The notes beneath the pieces are model-generated. The model worked only from the letters and a program-made list of their open reading frames with translations. It was not told the DNA's origin and did not search any database. Position numbers and translations under genes: made by a program. A DNA stretch of 63,333 nt, counting the filler, from Olpidium bornovanus S191 (taxonomy: Eukaryota > Fungi > Olpidiomycota), in assembly GCA_017911155.1 (NCBI GenBank). It is 30 parts of 30 records of this genome, joined end to end, with 100 filler letters (N's around TTAATTAATTAA, not from the genome) between each part and the next. Parts side by side here need not be neighbours in the genome. Positions count along the whole stretch, not along the records: positions 10,835 to 12,206 come from JAEFCI010011554.1; positions 12,307 to 14,051 come from JAEFCI010008632.1; positions 14,152 to 15,665 come from JAEFCI010000269.1; positions 15,766 to 17,522 come from JAEFCI010011630.1; positions 17,623 to 19,727 come from JAEFCI010008338.1; positions 19,828 to 22,265 come from JAEFCI010010264.1; positions 22,366 to 24,627 come from JAEFCI010003427.1; 23 more parts are not named here. One strand, written 5' to 3'. Below are positions 10,835-23,430 of the stretch, piece after piece. Every line of letters starts with the position of its first letter. The first letter of the stretch is position 1.

Positions 10835-11990
10835 CAAAAGCTCTTCTCTGATATGGATTCTCCTATTCGCCTTCCTTTTTCGCCTGGAAAGGCCGAATGT
10901 TCGTCTGGTCGGAGTGATTTTCCTGATTTTTCTCGGGGTCGTTATGATGGTCATGGACGAAACCACGTTTGTGCTCATCGGGTGAGGCGTTTTTTCGACC
11001 TGTTGCCCTTTCCGGCTGGCTTGCTTCCATGGGGCGGAGATTCTGACTGCGCGTCTGGCCGCCAGGTTCATTGAAGTAATGACGGCGGCTATGCTCAGCG
11101 GCCTGCGGTGGGCGCTGACGCAGATGCTCCTGGACAGGGAGTCGTTGGGGATGGTTGGTGTGACTATCGGTTTCGTTTTCAGGGCAATCGTACGACTCTA
11201 GGTTCACGCTGCTGTCGGGTTCGTTCGGTACCGCAGAACAACCCCGTGGCTACCATGTTCTTTCTCACCCCCTTGATGGCCTCCAGCCTTTTGGTCGCGT
11301 CGGAGTGCCTCGAGGGATTTCAAAACATACACCGCTCGAAGTTCTTCGCGACGGGAGCGGCCGCGGTTCAGACCGTGTTATACTCCGCAGCCGGTGGCGG
11401 CCTCGCATCGATCATGATTCTGAGCGAGTTCTGCCTTATCTCCAGGACGTCGGTGGTGACACTCTCGGTTGGGGGCATCGTGAAGGTACGTGCTGTTATT
11501 TGGCTTCCCAGCTGCTCCCAGCATGGTCTTTAGTGTGCTCTGACCCGGAGTTCGGGGCGGGGGGGGGGGGGGGGGGGTGGGTTTGATCTTCAGGAAGTCG
11601 CCACGATTTTGATATCGGCGATCGTTTATGGCGACCGGCTCTCCGTGGTGAGTTTCTGCTTTGTTTCGACCCCGCGAGCGTCGGAAGGAACCTGTAGCAG
11701 GAAGAATTCAGGCTCATGTACTATCGACGCGGAAGGTCAACGTCCTGGGCCTGGCTATCTCGGTTCTCGGCATCGGCCTGTATAACTACATGAAGTTAGC
11801 GCAGCTGGCAGCTTCCACCGCCGCCGCCGGGGACGAGGACGCCCTTCTCGCGCTGTCCGAGAGTGGGGCTCTCATGGATCCCGTCTCCGACAACACGGCG
11901 GACGAACAGATCTCTGTGATGGGCTCCGGTTTGGTCATCTTCGATGAGGACGACGAAGTGGCGATCGTGGAGGGGAAGCCGAGCAAGTGA
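10835..11990 (+). CDS. Triose-phosphate-transporter family nucleotide-sugar transporter (SLC35C2/Ymd8-like), 5' partial, multi-exon
   Basis: KSSSLIWILLFAFLFRLERP, SGLRWALTQMLL, NPVATMFFLTP, SEFCLISRTSVVTLSVGGIVKE, NVLGLAISVLGIGLYNYMK; stop at 11990. Confidence 0.88.
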
Positions 11991-12306
11991 AGTAGCTTCA
12001 TCTTGGCGGAGGTTCCGTATTTCAAAACGTCATTTTAGCCCATGCCGCCCATGCAGCCCTGGCCGGTCTCGTCCCTTGTCGTCCAACATGCAGCTCGCGT
12101 ACGCACTTCCAAAAAAATCAACGCAAAAACTTTTACCCTTGTCGGAAGTACGCGCCGCGGACTGTTTGGGGCACTTCCGAGATTTCGCTCTGGAAAACGT
12201 ACAATGNNNNNNNNNNNNNNNNNNNNNNNNNNNNNNNNNNNNNNNNNNNNTTAATTAATTAANNNNNNNNNNNNNNNNNNNNNNNNNNNNNNNNNNNNNN
12301 NNNNNN

Positions 12307-13327
12307 CATGTTTCTCCAGATCCAGACGGCGATCGTCCTGCCGACCACGCTCCTGCTCGAGCGCACTTATTTGCATTTCTTTCGCCTGGAGTTTATCTTC
12401 AAGTTCGAGAATCCGAGTCTCCCGCTGCTCCATCTCCTCCAGGTAGGCCTTGGTCTCGTCAAGAAGCGCACGGGTCTCTTCGAGTTCAGCAGCGAGAGAA
12501 TCGCGGTCCTGGATAACAATCTCCAGTTCCAGCTTGGGCACCCGGGAGTTGAGGGCGAGGTGCAAGCGTTCAGTGAGGTTTCGGATTTCGGCCTCTTTGT
12601 CGCAAAGAAGAGCTTCCAGCTCCATTATGCGCGCGTTCGTTGTTACGCCATCGCCTTCCGGTTCCGAGTCACGAACGCTGCGAGATTCCAGCTGGGACCG
12701 TAGGTTACCAATTGTCACCTCGGCATCCCGGATAATCCGGTCGTAGGCTTCCCGGTCAGCCGCGTGCCTGGCCACAAGTTCGGCACGCTCCGCAGACGCC
12801 CGCGCTGTGAGAGCTTCCAGCGTGCGCTTCCTTGAATGCAATTCTGTTTCGAGTGACCGAATCCGTTGGTCTGGTAATTGTGCAAGATCTTCCGGCGCCA
12901 AGTTCGCGTCCTTCCCGACATTCAACATCTGATCCAGGTCGTCTTCACGTTTGGAGGATGATTCGGCGAACCCAGGCGACGTTCCCGTCAGAAAAGGGCT
13001 GTTGCAATTAAAAGATGGCGACGCATGGTCTCTGATTGGCGTGGCATGTGGGGCGCTTTCTGCCTGGAGGATCAATTCCATACGCATTTTCCGTAAGAGC
13101 ATGTGTACTGTGCCGCGCACTGGAAAAGTAGACAGCACTCCATAATCACCTTCGACGTTGATACGTCTTTCCTGGAATCTTGGACGATAGGCGGAGAGGT
13201 CCGTTGCGGTCGGTATCCATCTCCAGACTTTCCTGCCCGTATGGCCGCCTGGGTGGTTGACGCCTGAATTACCGCCATGCGCATAAGCAAGGGAGTACTG
13301 GAACAAAACGTCATAAAACTCGTTCAA
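12307..13327 (-). CDS. Coiled-coil protein fragment (3' partial)
   Basis: Long ORF whose C-terminal half is a heptad-rich E/L/R coiled coil (IRSLETELHSRKRTLEAL...RILELEDKLQAKEMQISALEQER); N-terminal exon structure uncertain. Confidence 0.65.
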
Positions 13328-14012
13328 TTCCCTCCCGCCTACACTTGTCTTCTTCGGGGGCAGCGTGGCACCGAGCTGTCACGATGACCGCATGTCAGCC
13401 AGTGGTCATCGAACGGCAAGTCAGACGCGTAAACGGTACATACCCGTCGCGCGCTGTTAATGGATTTCGCCTGGAGAGCAGTCTTTATGCACCCAACCTC
13501 CTTCACCTGACAAGCGGAAGGCACCCGTCGATCAGCTATCGGGGACCTCGCTGCAAGCAAAAGTTTTATGACACCGAAGCCCAAATCGCGACGAAGCAAC
13601 CGAAACCCGATCTCAGCCTGACACGCGTGCCTTCGATACAGATTTCGCATGTTCTTTCCCCGCAGTGTTCAAGCCACCTTGGCCCTTCGCGCTAGTCTTG
13701 CTAGCCGTCTGCACAAGCAGCGGCTGCGGCGCGTTCTCCGTGTCTTGCCTGGGCTCGTCCATGCGGGCCTGAACCGTGTGGACCCTTTTCCAGAGTGCGC
13801 CCCCCGCGCGCGTTTTTTTTTTTTTTTTTTTTTTTCCTTCAGCGTTTCCTCAGCAGAGGCCGGTCCAAGAAACGGTCCGACGCGGTGGGCGCACGGAGTC
13901 GGCCGCTCTTGTGGCGGCGGGGTGCTCGCGTTCGCCGTGAGCGCTTTAGGCGGGGGAGAGAATGTCAGGCGGCGTGTCCCTTGAATGATCCGGCGTGGCG
14001 GGTGGGGGGGGG

Positions 14013-14043
<31 letters not shown>

Positions 14044-14474
14044 TTTTGGGGNNNNNNNNNNNNNNNNNNNNNNNNNNNNNNNNNNNNNNNNNNNNTTAAT
14101 TAATTAANNNNNNNNNNNNNNNNNNNNNNNNNNNNNNNNNNNNNNNNNNNNAGGGGAACGGGGGGCCAGGCCCTCTTTGCCGTTGCCGCCGTCCGAAACG
14201 ATTTCGGAGAGGGCACGGGCGGCAGGGAAGACGCTGAAAGCCGGGGGCGGCCAAAAACGGAAGCCCGCCTCTTGGTCCTCGTCGCGCGGAGCGTTTGATC
14301 ATAAAAAAGGTTCTGTCGCAGTAGGGGCCGTGGCCGGGGGGGGGGGGAGGGGGAAAAGCCGAAAAGGGGGAAGCGGCGGCCCTTTCTACTGACGCGGCAA
14401 CCGGGTGAGCGCTTCGCCCGGTTCCGTATCTCACGCCCGGCACTCCGGCGTTTTATTTCCCCTACGTTGTGCAG

Positions 14475-15665
14475 ATCCGAACCCTACACAGGAAGAAGTG
14501 TCTGTATACGACACCGTTCTCGCCGCGCTGCGGCCGTCAGGGCCCTTGTTGCAGTCACTAAAGGACTACCGAGGTTGCGGCGAGGAGATCCGGAAGGTGG
14601 ACGGGAGTCGACATGTTTCGCCCGCCGATTTCCCCTCCCCCCTTTCTCTCCCGGATCGGCGAGCTGGAAGTGGCTCGAGGTGTCTTGGATCGACGACGCT
14701 TAACGTCGTGCGCCGCACTTTCTTTTGTTTGTTTTTGTTTTCGCCGTCAGGCTATATCATCGCCAAGTCCAGAGACCGAGCAGGCGGCGTGGACGGCGCT
14801 GGTGCCTGCCGTCGCGAAATTGAGAGAGTATTACGAGTACTCGTCCGTGCTCGGTGGGTCGTGCGTTTTAAAACGCCGCGGAGAAGAAGAAATGGGCGGG
14901 CGGCGTTTGATCCCTGTTTGGTTTTTTTGTTGTTGCTGTTGTTTTTGTTGTTGTAGCCGCATCCGTTTTAAAACCGGGCTGATAATTTGATTTTGCGCGT
15001 CCCCCCCCCCCTCCGAGCAGAGCGTAAAGTGCCCCTCCTGCTGGGCGTACTAACGAAGGGCGACGTGTACTTGAAGCTAGAGAAGTGCCAGGCAACAACG
15101 AAGCTCCTGGCTGATATCCTACATTTCGTCTTCGCCTTCGATGACCTGAAGATGACGAACCCAAACGTCCAGAACGATTTCTCGTATTACCGGCGGACGA
15201 TGAACAGGATGAAGATGGGGATGCCCAGCGGAGGAGGTGACGCCGGCCGGGTACTAATAGGGGACGAGCTGGCGAACCGGATGTCGCTGTTCTACGCCTA
15301 CCCGACGCCGATGTTCAAATGCGTCGCCGAGACGACGGCTATTTACGTCAACCAGGTGCACACGTTTGTTGTCGCGCTTCTCCCCCTTTTTCTTTCTCTT
15401 TCTCTGTCTATCTTTCTCCCCTCTGTTTTTTGTTTCGGATCCCCCCTTCCGCTTTTCTACACAAGTTCCCTTCCAGTTTTTCGAACGGCCTGCAAACGCG
15501 CAAGCGACGCTAACCTTTTCTTTCGACCGTCTGCATAACTTTCAGAATTCCAACGTCGACCAGGTCGCCGAGTGCCTCTGGGGCATCGCCGCGGTCTGCT
15601 ACAACGCCATCGGGAAGGAGAGGGTCACGGGCTCGGAAGACGTGTCCTTCTGCCTCAAAGCCATG
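14475..15665 (+). CDS. CYRI: CYRI / FAM49 (CYFIP-related Rac1 interactor, DUF1394), partial at both ends, four or more exons
   Basis: Exons give YRGCGEEIRKAISSP...AWTALVPAVAKLREYYEYS...ADILHFVFAFDDLKMTNPNVQNDFSYYRRTMNRMK...ANRMSLFYAYPTPM, including the CYRI signature LKMxNPxxQNDFSYYRR. Confidence 0.93.
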
Positions 15666-15969
15666 NNNNNNNNNNNNNNNNNNNNNNNNNNNNNNNNNNN
15701 NNNNNNNNNTTAATTAATTAANNNNNNNNNNNNNNNNNNNNNNNNNNNNNNNNNNNNNNNNNNNNAGGCGAGTGACCTTTTCAATACGATACGGTCGCGC
15801 GTTGTCTTTCTCCGTTAGATCTGTCTCTCCGCGCGTTGTTGACGTACGGCGATTCGTACGATGAGTTTGCTTTCTCTTGTTTCATGCCCACGTCGGCGGC
15901 CGAGGATTGGTGCTGGCTTGAGGGTTGTTCGTCAGTATAACAATGTTGTAGCGCCCTGGATTTCCGTAG

Positions 15970-17229
15970 GCTGTGGCTTTGGTGTATGATTCCGAAGTCT
16001 TTGATGACGAGAAACTTGTGAACAGACATCCGGGAGTTATGCGGGAAGGGGTCAAAAAGGAGCTGCAGAAGCGGATTATTGACGCGGTTTCTCGAAATGA
16101 GCTTCTGCTGGAGGAAGTCCGCATCCTGACATCTGGCCTAAGTTTGGATGACTCGTTTCCTGCCGACAACTCGGATGTAAACTCGGTGACCGCCCACCAG
16201 CATACGGAAAAAGTAATCGCCGCAAATTTGAAATGCTCGGCATCATCAAGCGACTCCTCGGCAGGAATGCCGGACAGGCCTACGACAGCACAACATTTGA
16301 CGCCGCCAGAATCCGGGCGCGAGTTGATCCCAAGGCTATCGCAGGTTATATCGAAGAATGCGAGCGACCTTTCCATTCACCCGCTTTCCCTTAAAGATAA
16401 TCCGATATGCGGAACGTCGGATGTGGCCGTCGGATTGTGGACCCTTCCGTCGCTCGCAAACCACGCTTGCGCTACGAACGTGAACAAATTTACGATCGGC
16501 GACTACGTCTTTATCCGATCACTCCGGCGCATAAAGAAAGGGAAGGAAGTTGTCTTCCCTTACTGCGACGCTCTGGAACCGCTGCACAAACGCGAGGAAG
16601 CCATCAGGCAGCTGGGTTTCGATTGCCGGTGTCCCATGTGCGAGAAGGAGCGGAAGGAGCCCGCGGACTTGACCGCGCAGCGCACGCAGCTGTGGAAGGA
16701 CCTCCACGCCATTGAGCCGCGTCTGAAGGAGGCAATCGCCCGGAAACCGCTCAACGAAATCAACCGGATCGTGGACGCCGCAAAGAAGGACTTCGTGACC
16801 AAGCGCACGGCCTCCTTGACGCTGGCGAAGTTGCCTTACGCGAATGGCCTGCTCTACCGCGCCGCAAGCGCGCGGGCTCTTTACTTCGCCGCCGCCGGAC
16901 CGCCGCGTGCGCTGGATGCCGCGCAGTCCTTTGCCCTCGCCGCGAAGGCGCTGGCTCCCGCAGGCGTCCACCCGCTCTCGGACTCCACGGCCTACCACGC
17001 CGCCCAGGCCTTCCTGTCGGCCGACAAGTGCGTCGAGGCCGCCACCTGGTTTTCCGCCGCCGTCAAGGCCTGGAACGTCGCGTACGGCGGCGGCGTCGAA
17101 TCAATGAGAGCGGCTTACGGCGGAACTGCCGAAGGGGAGCGCGTTTTTGCGATGCTGGAGAAGGTGCTCGCTGCGTACGAGAAGACGAAAGGGCTAAGCG
17201 AGAACCGGCAAGGTCAGGAAGGAGCCTGA
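15970..17229 (+). CDS. SET-domain protein (SMYD/TPR-SET type) with Cys post-SET, 5' partial
   Basis: GLWTLPSLANHAC, IKKGKEVVFPY and GFDCRCPMC are the SET NHxC, ELxxxY-like and post-SET CxCxxC motifs, followed by a helical TPR-like tail; TAG acceptor at 15969. Confidence 0.88.
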   Translation, partial: AVALVYDSEVFDDEKLVNRHPGVMREGVKKELQKRIIDAVSRNELLLEEVRILTSGLSLDDSFPADNSDVNSVTAHQHTEKVIAANLKCSASSSDSSAGMPDRPTTAQHLTPPESGRELIPRLSQVISKNASDLSIHPLSLKDNPICGTSDVAVGLWTLPSLANHACATNVNKFTIGDYVFIRSLRRIKKGKEVVFPYCDALEPLHKREEAIRQLGFDCRCPMCEKERKEPADLTAQRTQLWKDLHAIEPRLKEAIARKPLNEINRIVDAAKKDFVTKRTASLTLAKLPYANGLLYRAASARALYFAAAGPPRALDAAQSFALAAKALAPAGVHPLSDSTAYHAAQAFLSADKCVEAATWFSAAVKAWNVAYGGGVESMRAAYGGTAEGERVFAMLEKVLAAYEKTKGLSENRQGQEGA

Positions 17230-18138
17230 GAAGTGAGGTCGCGGGTGCGGATTTAGTAGCTCCGTTTTCAAGCGGCTGTGGGCGTTTTTCCGCGTGTCGT
17301 CGCCCGTTTACACCCCAGATCCGGAAAGCCAGGGGCGTATTCGACAAGAGCGCTAAAGTTCACAGCCGTATCCTGCCGCATAAGTAACTCATTTTTGCGT
17401 TCATGCAAATCAAGACCGCCGTCGCGCTTTTTCCGTGACCAAATCGTTTGCGCATCGAATCGCCGCTAGGTGTGGTATGGCCAATCCGCCCCCCTCCCTC
17501 TCCGTCCCTTCCCACAATATAGNNNNNNNNNNNNNNNNNNNNNNNNNNNNNNNNNNNNNNNNNNNNTTAATTAATTAANNNNNNNNNNNNNNNNNNNNNN
17601 NNNNNNNNNNNNNNNNNNNNNNAAGGAAATTCGCCGTCCTCGCTTTTCGAGAAAAAAAATGCGTTGCTTCAGAGCCACGAATTCGCGCCTCTGCGCGTTG
17701 CGTCTTGGAGACCCCTGAAAAAGGTTGGAGCAGGTGCATCATGAAAGCGACGGCCGACCCCGCGAAGACGAACGCCGACCGCGGAAAAACGACTTTTTTA
17801 TTTTTTTTTTTGTTTTTATATATTTTTCGAACTCATGACTTTATGGCAGTAGGTTGTCAATTGGACTTTTGCAGTGTGCGACATGGAGCGCAAAAATGTT
17901 CTCCCATGGTTTCTCGTGGCCGGGTCCGAATCGCGGGTGTCACGATTCCTCGAGACGGGCAAATTTGGAATATCGCTGAGGTTCACAAAAGCGGAACCCT
18001 CACTCCTTCCTCCTCCACGCCCGTGCCTTCTGGTTTAACAAGGCCACAGGCTTCTTCCCGTCTTTTGGGCCGGCTTTGCTTTCAGGCGCCTGCGCAGCTG
18101 GCCGCCACCCCGCTTGCCGGAGGAAAAACCCGACGACC

Positions 18139-19660
18139 ATGGCCGGCCCTTTACCCGACCGGCCGGAGCAACGGCCGCAAGAGCGAGGGACGCCCGCCGC
18201 GCCGCCCGCGCCTTTTGCCAGGTCGCTTGAGGCGCTGACGGCCGCGGCGAAGGAAGCGTGCGGCGGAACGTGCTCGGCGGCGGAGGACGAAGCCAAATAC
18301 CTCGCCTACGTGACCGCCCTGGACTTCCACCTGGCCAACCCCGACTCGAGGACGCCCGCGGAGCGGATCGCCCTTTTGGCCGCCGTGGCAGTTGCCGTCG
18401 GCGCGTCGCCCGCATCGGATGTTTCTGCAGGCGTGCGGAATGCGTCGGCCGACGAGGTATCCGCGGGCTTGGCGTCGGCTGGCTGTTTTCCGGCGAACTG
18501 TTCGACTGCGCGTCACAGGTTCTCATTCCCCGGCGCTGCAAAAAAAAAAATAAAACCGGCCTCAGGATACCGCTGCTTGCCGGATGCTTCGATTCATCGC
18601 GTGGGACGTTTTCAAGATCGTGCTACCGTACACTCGCCTGTGGGATTGTCGCGCGGCGTCTCTTCAAATTATCAAAGCCGCAGCGGAGTTTGGCAACCCG
18701 AGAGAAGTGTTCATGGCGGCCGTGGAATCGCTTGCACGGCCTCTCGGCGAATTATCCGAAGGCGAGAGGCTTCCTTGTGGCGAAATTGCGGAAGCTTCGG
18801 CGGGGATTTTCGTACTATCAAAAGGTGCGGCGACCGCAAGAAAATGCAATCAAATGGTGTACACGCTTGCTCTTTTGCTGTTTGTGGACCGAATTGGGTA
18901 GTTATTCCCCGAATACAGACCAAAAAGCCGTCAGAGTTCGTCGGGCTTGCTGCGCGCAATGTGTCAAAAATCTTAGTAGGACTTGCAAAGGGACTTCGCG
19001 CGTCCGGGACCGTCAGTGACGCGGGTTTCGACGAGCTCCGAAGAAGTTTACTCAGCTCGACGATGGACCTCGTCAGCTGTTGTGCGTCTAACTGGAATAA
19101 TACGGTATCCGCGGCTCGCGATTTGTGATTGTGGGATCTCGTTCGTTATCGCCAAACATAACTTCAACCGTGGTCAACAGCACCCGCCGCCCCCACTCTA
19201 CTACCACCCGCGCGCCTCGCCTGACCGTCTGGAGCTCATCCGGCAGCGGCGAATGATTACTTATTTGATGCTCACGTTGTTTTACGTGATCTCTCCGGTC
19301 CCGTCGAGCGAGGATACGTCCGGCAGGCGATCATTGAAAACGCACGACAACGGCAATGGCGGTAGCGTCACCCCGGCGGATGAATCGATTGCGGGAGCAG
19401 CACTCGATGCTCTGGTTCGTTACATATTTCTTGCGCCGTGCGCCCGTCCTTTTACTCAGTTTTGGCATCAACGTGCGAATATCGCAAGCAGCGGACATCT
19501 GCTATCGACTGCCGGCTGAACGTGGTCGAGCTCCTGGACGCCTACACCGGCCATTATGACACTGAATATGGTGCGGATGTTTTTGAGGTGCGTTCTTCTC
19601 AGATTGCATGCGTCCACTCAGACACTTTAAAAAATTTTTTTATTGAAAAGGATTGGAGAT
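18139..19660 (+). CDS. Glomulin/ALF4/Ybp1-Ybp2 family protein, multi-exon, 3' partial
   Basis: IAWDVFKIVLPY...CRAASLQIIKAAAEFGNPREVFMAAVE fits the family's (G/A)WDL...GNPKE pattern; exon boundaries not fully resolved. Confidence 0.7.
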
Positions 19661-20879
19661 CAAGGAACTGGCGCAGTGATGGGATTCTACATCGTGGGAT
19701 CACAAATTCTCGCGCTATTTATACCTGNNNNNNNNNNNNNNNNNNNNNNNNNNNNNNNNNNNNNNNNNNNNTTAATTAATTAANNNNNNNNNNNNNNNNN
19801 NNNNNNNNNNNNNNNNNNNNNNNNNNNCACGGGTCCCGTCGGTTTCTTTCCTTTATTAAAATTGGAATGAATTTCCAAAAAAAAAAAAAAAAAAAAAAAA
19901 ACAAAAAAATAAAATAAAAAAATAAACTAAGGGAAAGGAAAGGAAAACGTTATCGCTTGTCCGCCTGGCGCGCGCGACACAGCCCGCGGACTCGACAACG
20001 AAAAAATTCCCGCTTGTGCGAGGTTCGTCCAGGCGCCGCTGCCGCTCCTTCCGCCCCTTTCCAACCCCTCCTCGGGGTCGGGAGGAGGAAGAACGCACGC
20101 ACGGTTTGACGCGTCGCAACCGCGACAGCGCATGGACGGGGCGTGGGGGTTTCGCCAGTGTGCGGCGGGAACGTTTCAGGGTTGCCACTTTCGGAACGCC
20201 CTGCCATCCCTTGGCAGAAGTTGTCAAGTCTTCACCCGGGCTAATCCTAAACTCGATTCTCTGCCCGTCATCAGACGCGACTCGTGTCCCGAGCGTCGGG
20301 CACGCTTTCAATGCTGGCAACGCCCCTAGTTGGCGTGTCTTTTTACGCGTCACCATACGGTGGGCGGTACTGGTTGCATTCTTTCACCCGGTGGGCACTA
20401 CGGTACCGTTTTCCCTCCCCCACTTCCAGCCAATACTTATACGCGCACAAGCACTCGGGTGTTGTTTTCATTGGACCAGCGACGAAGACGCTAGTCCGCA
20501 TATTTCAGCTTACTTCTCACCTTCATACAGATGCGCGACCCGGGACTTCGTATGGTCGGCTTGCTGCACGCAGATGACGAGCCGAAATGCTAAGTCTATG
20601 ACTCTCGGCGTTCCAAGTTCAGCGGTATGTTGCTATGGGACTGTTTGTAGTGTCAGCGTCGGAAACGGCACGAACACCCGCCCCTCCGTCAAGTCGGCGA
20701 CCCGATACTTGTCCACCGTCGGCGTAGACGGCAATCAAAGCGAGACTGTAAGGCAAATTTTTGTGGCACGTCTGCTTTGAGAACGGTCTCACCGGTGATT
20801 TTGTTGAGGTACAAAAATATTTGCCCAGCAGAACTCCGACCGTCCGTCGCAGCGCCCACCGTGGACCTCGACAAAGCAT

Positions 20880-22265
20880 GTGGTTCTCCGTAACGGTGGA
20901 ACTCCAGCCACTTCCTCCTTTTCAGATGGGTTGCGACCTCCAGCGACAACGGCTCCAAAACAGTCGGACTCGCCCTCATCCGTCAACGGACGGATGGATG
21001 TAGCATCTGCGCAGGCACAGCAATCCATCATCGAAAATAGCAGCGCGAGCACCGTCGCCACGCAGAACGTGTCGGCGTCTTCCAATATTGCGCATCACCC
21101 TGGCGAAGAAGGTTTATACGCAGCATCCTTACCGGCGATAACGGTAAACATTGTCTCCAGTAAATCGACGATACCAGCAACCCTTTCCCAGAATGCATCG
21201 AACCGGATCACTTTACGAAATGGCACGTCCGTTGTGATGATCTCGGCCGATTGGATGGCAACCAGCGCACCTGGGGCGCCATCAGAGTCAATAGTACCGG
21301 GGTTGGCGGACGAAGATGCCGCTGGTGGTGCCGCGAACAACGCGAAAGCTACCAGTAAGGTCTTGGTCACCAGTTCGAGCGTGCCTTTGTCAACAAAAAA
21401 TTCGCTGCACCCCAGGGACGGAAGTGCCTCAGTCGCGGGATTGGACAGCAAAATGGGCCCGACTAGGGCACGAAAGTCCCGGAAGATTGTGAATTCCGAA
21501 ATAGCTGACAGCCCCGTTGCGCCTAACGACACATCAGGACTGGCATTGAAGATACATTTGGTCGTGAGTGATGTGGAGACTCCGACAAGCGTTTCTCAGG
21601 ATGCGACAATTCCCTTGACGTTGCCAATTGGTACACCCACCGTGACTATTTCCGCGGATCGGACCTCACCGAGCGTGCTTGAAGTTCCTTCTTTTACATC
21701 GTATCGGCGAGTCACAAGCGAAAACCCTGCGGACGGTGTTGTGACCAAGCCGGATATTTCCTGCGGGGACACAGAGAAGCGGCCTAACTCGTTCCCGGAG
21801 GCGTCACCGCATGTGAAGATCAATGGGGGTCTCACACCGTGGACGTTGGTGAGCGACGCAGTCTCTCACACTTCGTTGGAAGGAGCCGTGCGGAAGTCAG
21901 AGCCAGGCACATCATGTTCCAATGAAGTGCACCCGAAGACCGCCAGCCGTCCCAAAAAGCCAGCCATCGAAAACAAACAACCACCTGTTTTGTCCGCTAC
22001 GGCCCCTCAACCGATCCGCTTGGCGTGTGAATTCACTTGCAGCTCTTCTGTTTTGGCCTCAGCGGAAACCTCAGCAGCACACACCCTTAAACCGTCGCAG
22101 CACGAGAAACAGGCTGCGGCTGCTAAGGCGGACGCCGAGAGCAAAGTAAAGCCCGCCAAATCGCCGAAACAGCGGCGAACTTCGCTGCCGAAGGCCGCTG
22201 TCTCCAATTTTCTTAGGCCGGTGAAAAACGGACCGCGGGATGCCTTTGGCGAGAATGCCGCCATG
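20880..22265 (+). CDS. Ser/Thr/Pro/Ala-rich disordered protein fragment (3' partial)
   Basis: About 460 codons open to the contig end; low-complexity, no domain recognised. Confidence 0.6.
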
Positions 22266-22365
22266 NNNNNNNNNNNNNNNNNNNNNNNNNNNNNNNNNNN
22301 NNNNNNNNNTTAATTAATTAANNNNNNNNNNNNNNNNNNNNNNNNNNNNNNNNNNNNNNNNNNNN

Positions 22366-23190
22366 ACTGTAACTCGTCGTGAGCGTAAGAACCAGTCAAA
22401 TGACAAGAAAGCGACGGTGACGACCGGTGAAACAAAAGGTACTTGCCACTCCCCGGACCATCCCAACGGCAGAGGCGACGGGCATGGGCACGGCTCGAGG
22501 CATCTGAGCGTCTCGACGATTGCAGTGGCTGCCGGGCCCCTAGGAAGCAGAGTTATGGATCAGTCCACGCGACACCGCGGCGGCCATATCCAAGGCTGCG
22601 CGCGCAGAGCGGTGCAGTCCCATTCCGGGAAGAACGATTCTCGGGTCTCGGACTCAGAGCGCCGGAAAGGAAGACAGGCGAACGCGAAGGGATGTCGGTC
22701 TCGAACGCAACGTGAACCGCTTGGTTCGTCCTTAACCAGCCCCGCCGGTGGGGTGAACCTTGCAGACCGTGCGTCTCCGGCTGTGAAACCGGCTGCCGCG
22801 CGACAGCGCTGCAGAGTCCAGGCGTGTTGCGCACGCGGCGGCAGCAGCGGCAGAACCGTGGCGGGCGGCGGCGTACGGAACGTCTTTGACGATCCGGAGC
22901 TCCTAGCGCCGCCGTCTCCGTTTGCGACAGCCATATCTCAGACGTCGCAAGGCCCGGACGGCGGGTCGGTGTCCCAAGCGCCTGGGCGTCCTCCTCTGTC
23001 ACCGTCGTTTCGCGATCTCGGAAAAAGACGCGGAAATTGGACAGAGGTTCCTGTCGTTCTCGAAAGACAGGACGAGATCTTTGACTTTTCGTCGCCCAGC
23101 CCCGACGATGCCGCACTGGCCGCGCATAAAACGCCGGACAACGGCGGCAAGCGCGTCGAGAAAGTCAAGGCCGCCGCAGCGCGAGGATGA
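22366..23190 (+). CDS. Ski7-like (HBS1 short isoform) terminal exon/retained intron of the HBS1 locus
   Basis: Frame open from contig start to TGA at 23188-23190; contains LLAPPSPFATAI (22900-22935) and IFDFSSPSPDD (23077-23109), the motif pair typical of Ski7-like HBS1 isoforms. Confidence 0.75.
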   Translation, partial: TVTRRERKNQSNDKKATVTTGETKGTCHSPDHPNGRGDGHGHGSRHLSVSTIAVAAGPLGSRVMDQSTRHRGGHIQGCARRAVQSHSGKNDSRVSDSERRKGRQANAKGCRSRTQREPLGSSLTSPAGGVNLADRASPAVKPAAARQRCRVQACCARGGSSGRTVAGGGVRNVFDDPELLAPPSPFATAISQTSQGPDGGSVSQAPGRPPLSPSFRDLGKRRGNWTEVPVVLERQDEIFDFSSPSPDDAALAAHKTPDNGGKRVEKVKAAAARG

Positions 23191-23430
23191 CATCGCGACG
23201 TGGACGGACGGCTGGAGCCGTGCCTTACCCCGCCGCCTCAGCCACGTGGATAGTCCGATTATTTTGTGCATACCCAGAATTTGCAACCAAGCACGCTGCA
23301 AAGAAACTCCTATTGACACGGTCCCTACGTCGCTTTTCTCTAAATCGCGTCCCACTTGATGTGGTATTGGGCAAACGGAATTGGGATGAACCTGCTTGGG
23401 TGCGTGTCACACCCCTTCGGGTCACCTCAG

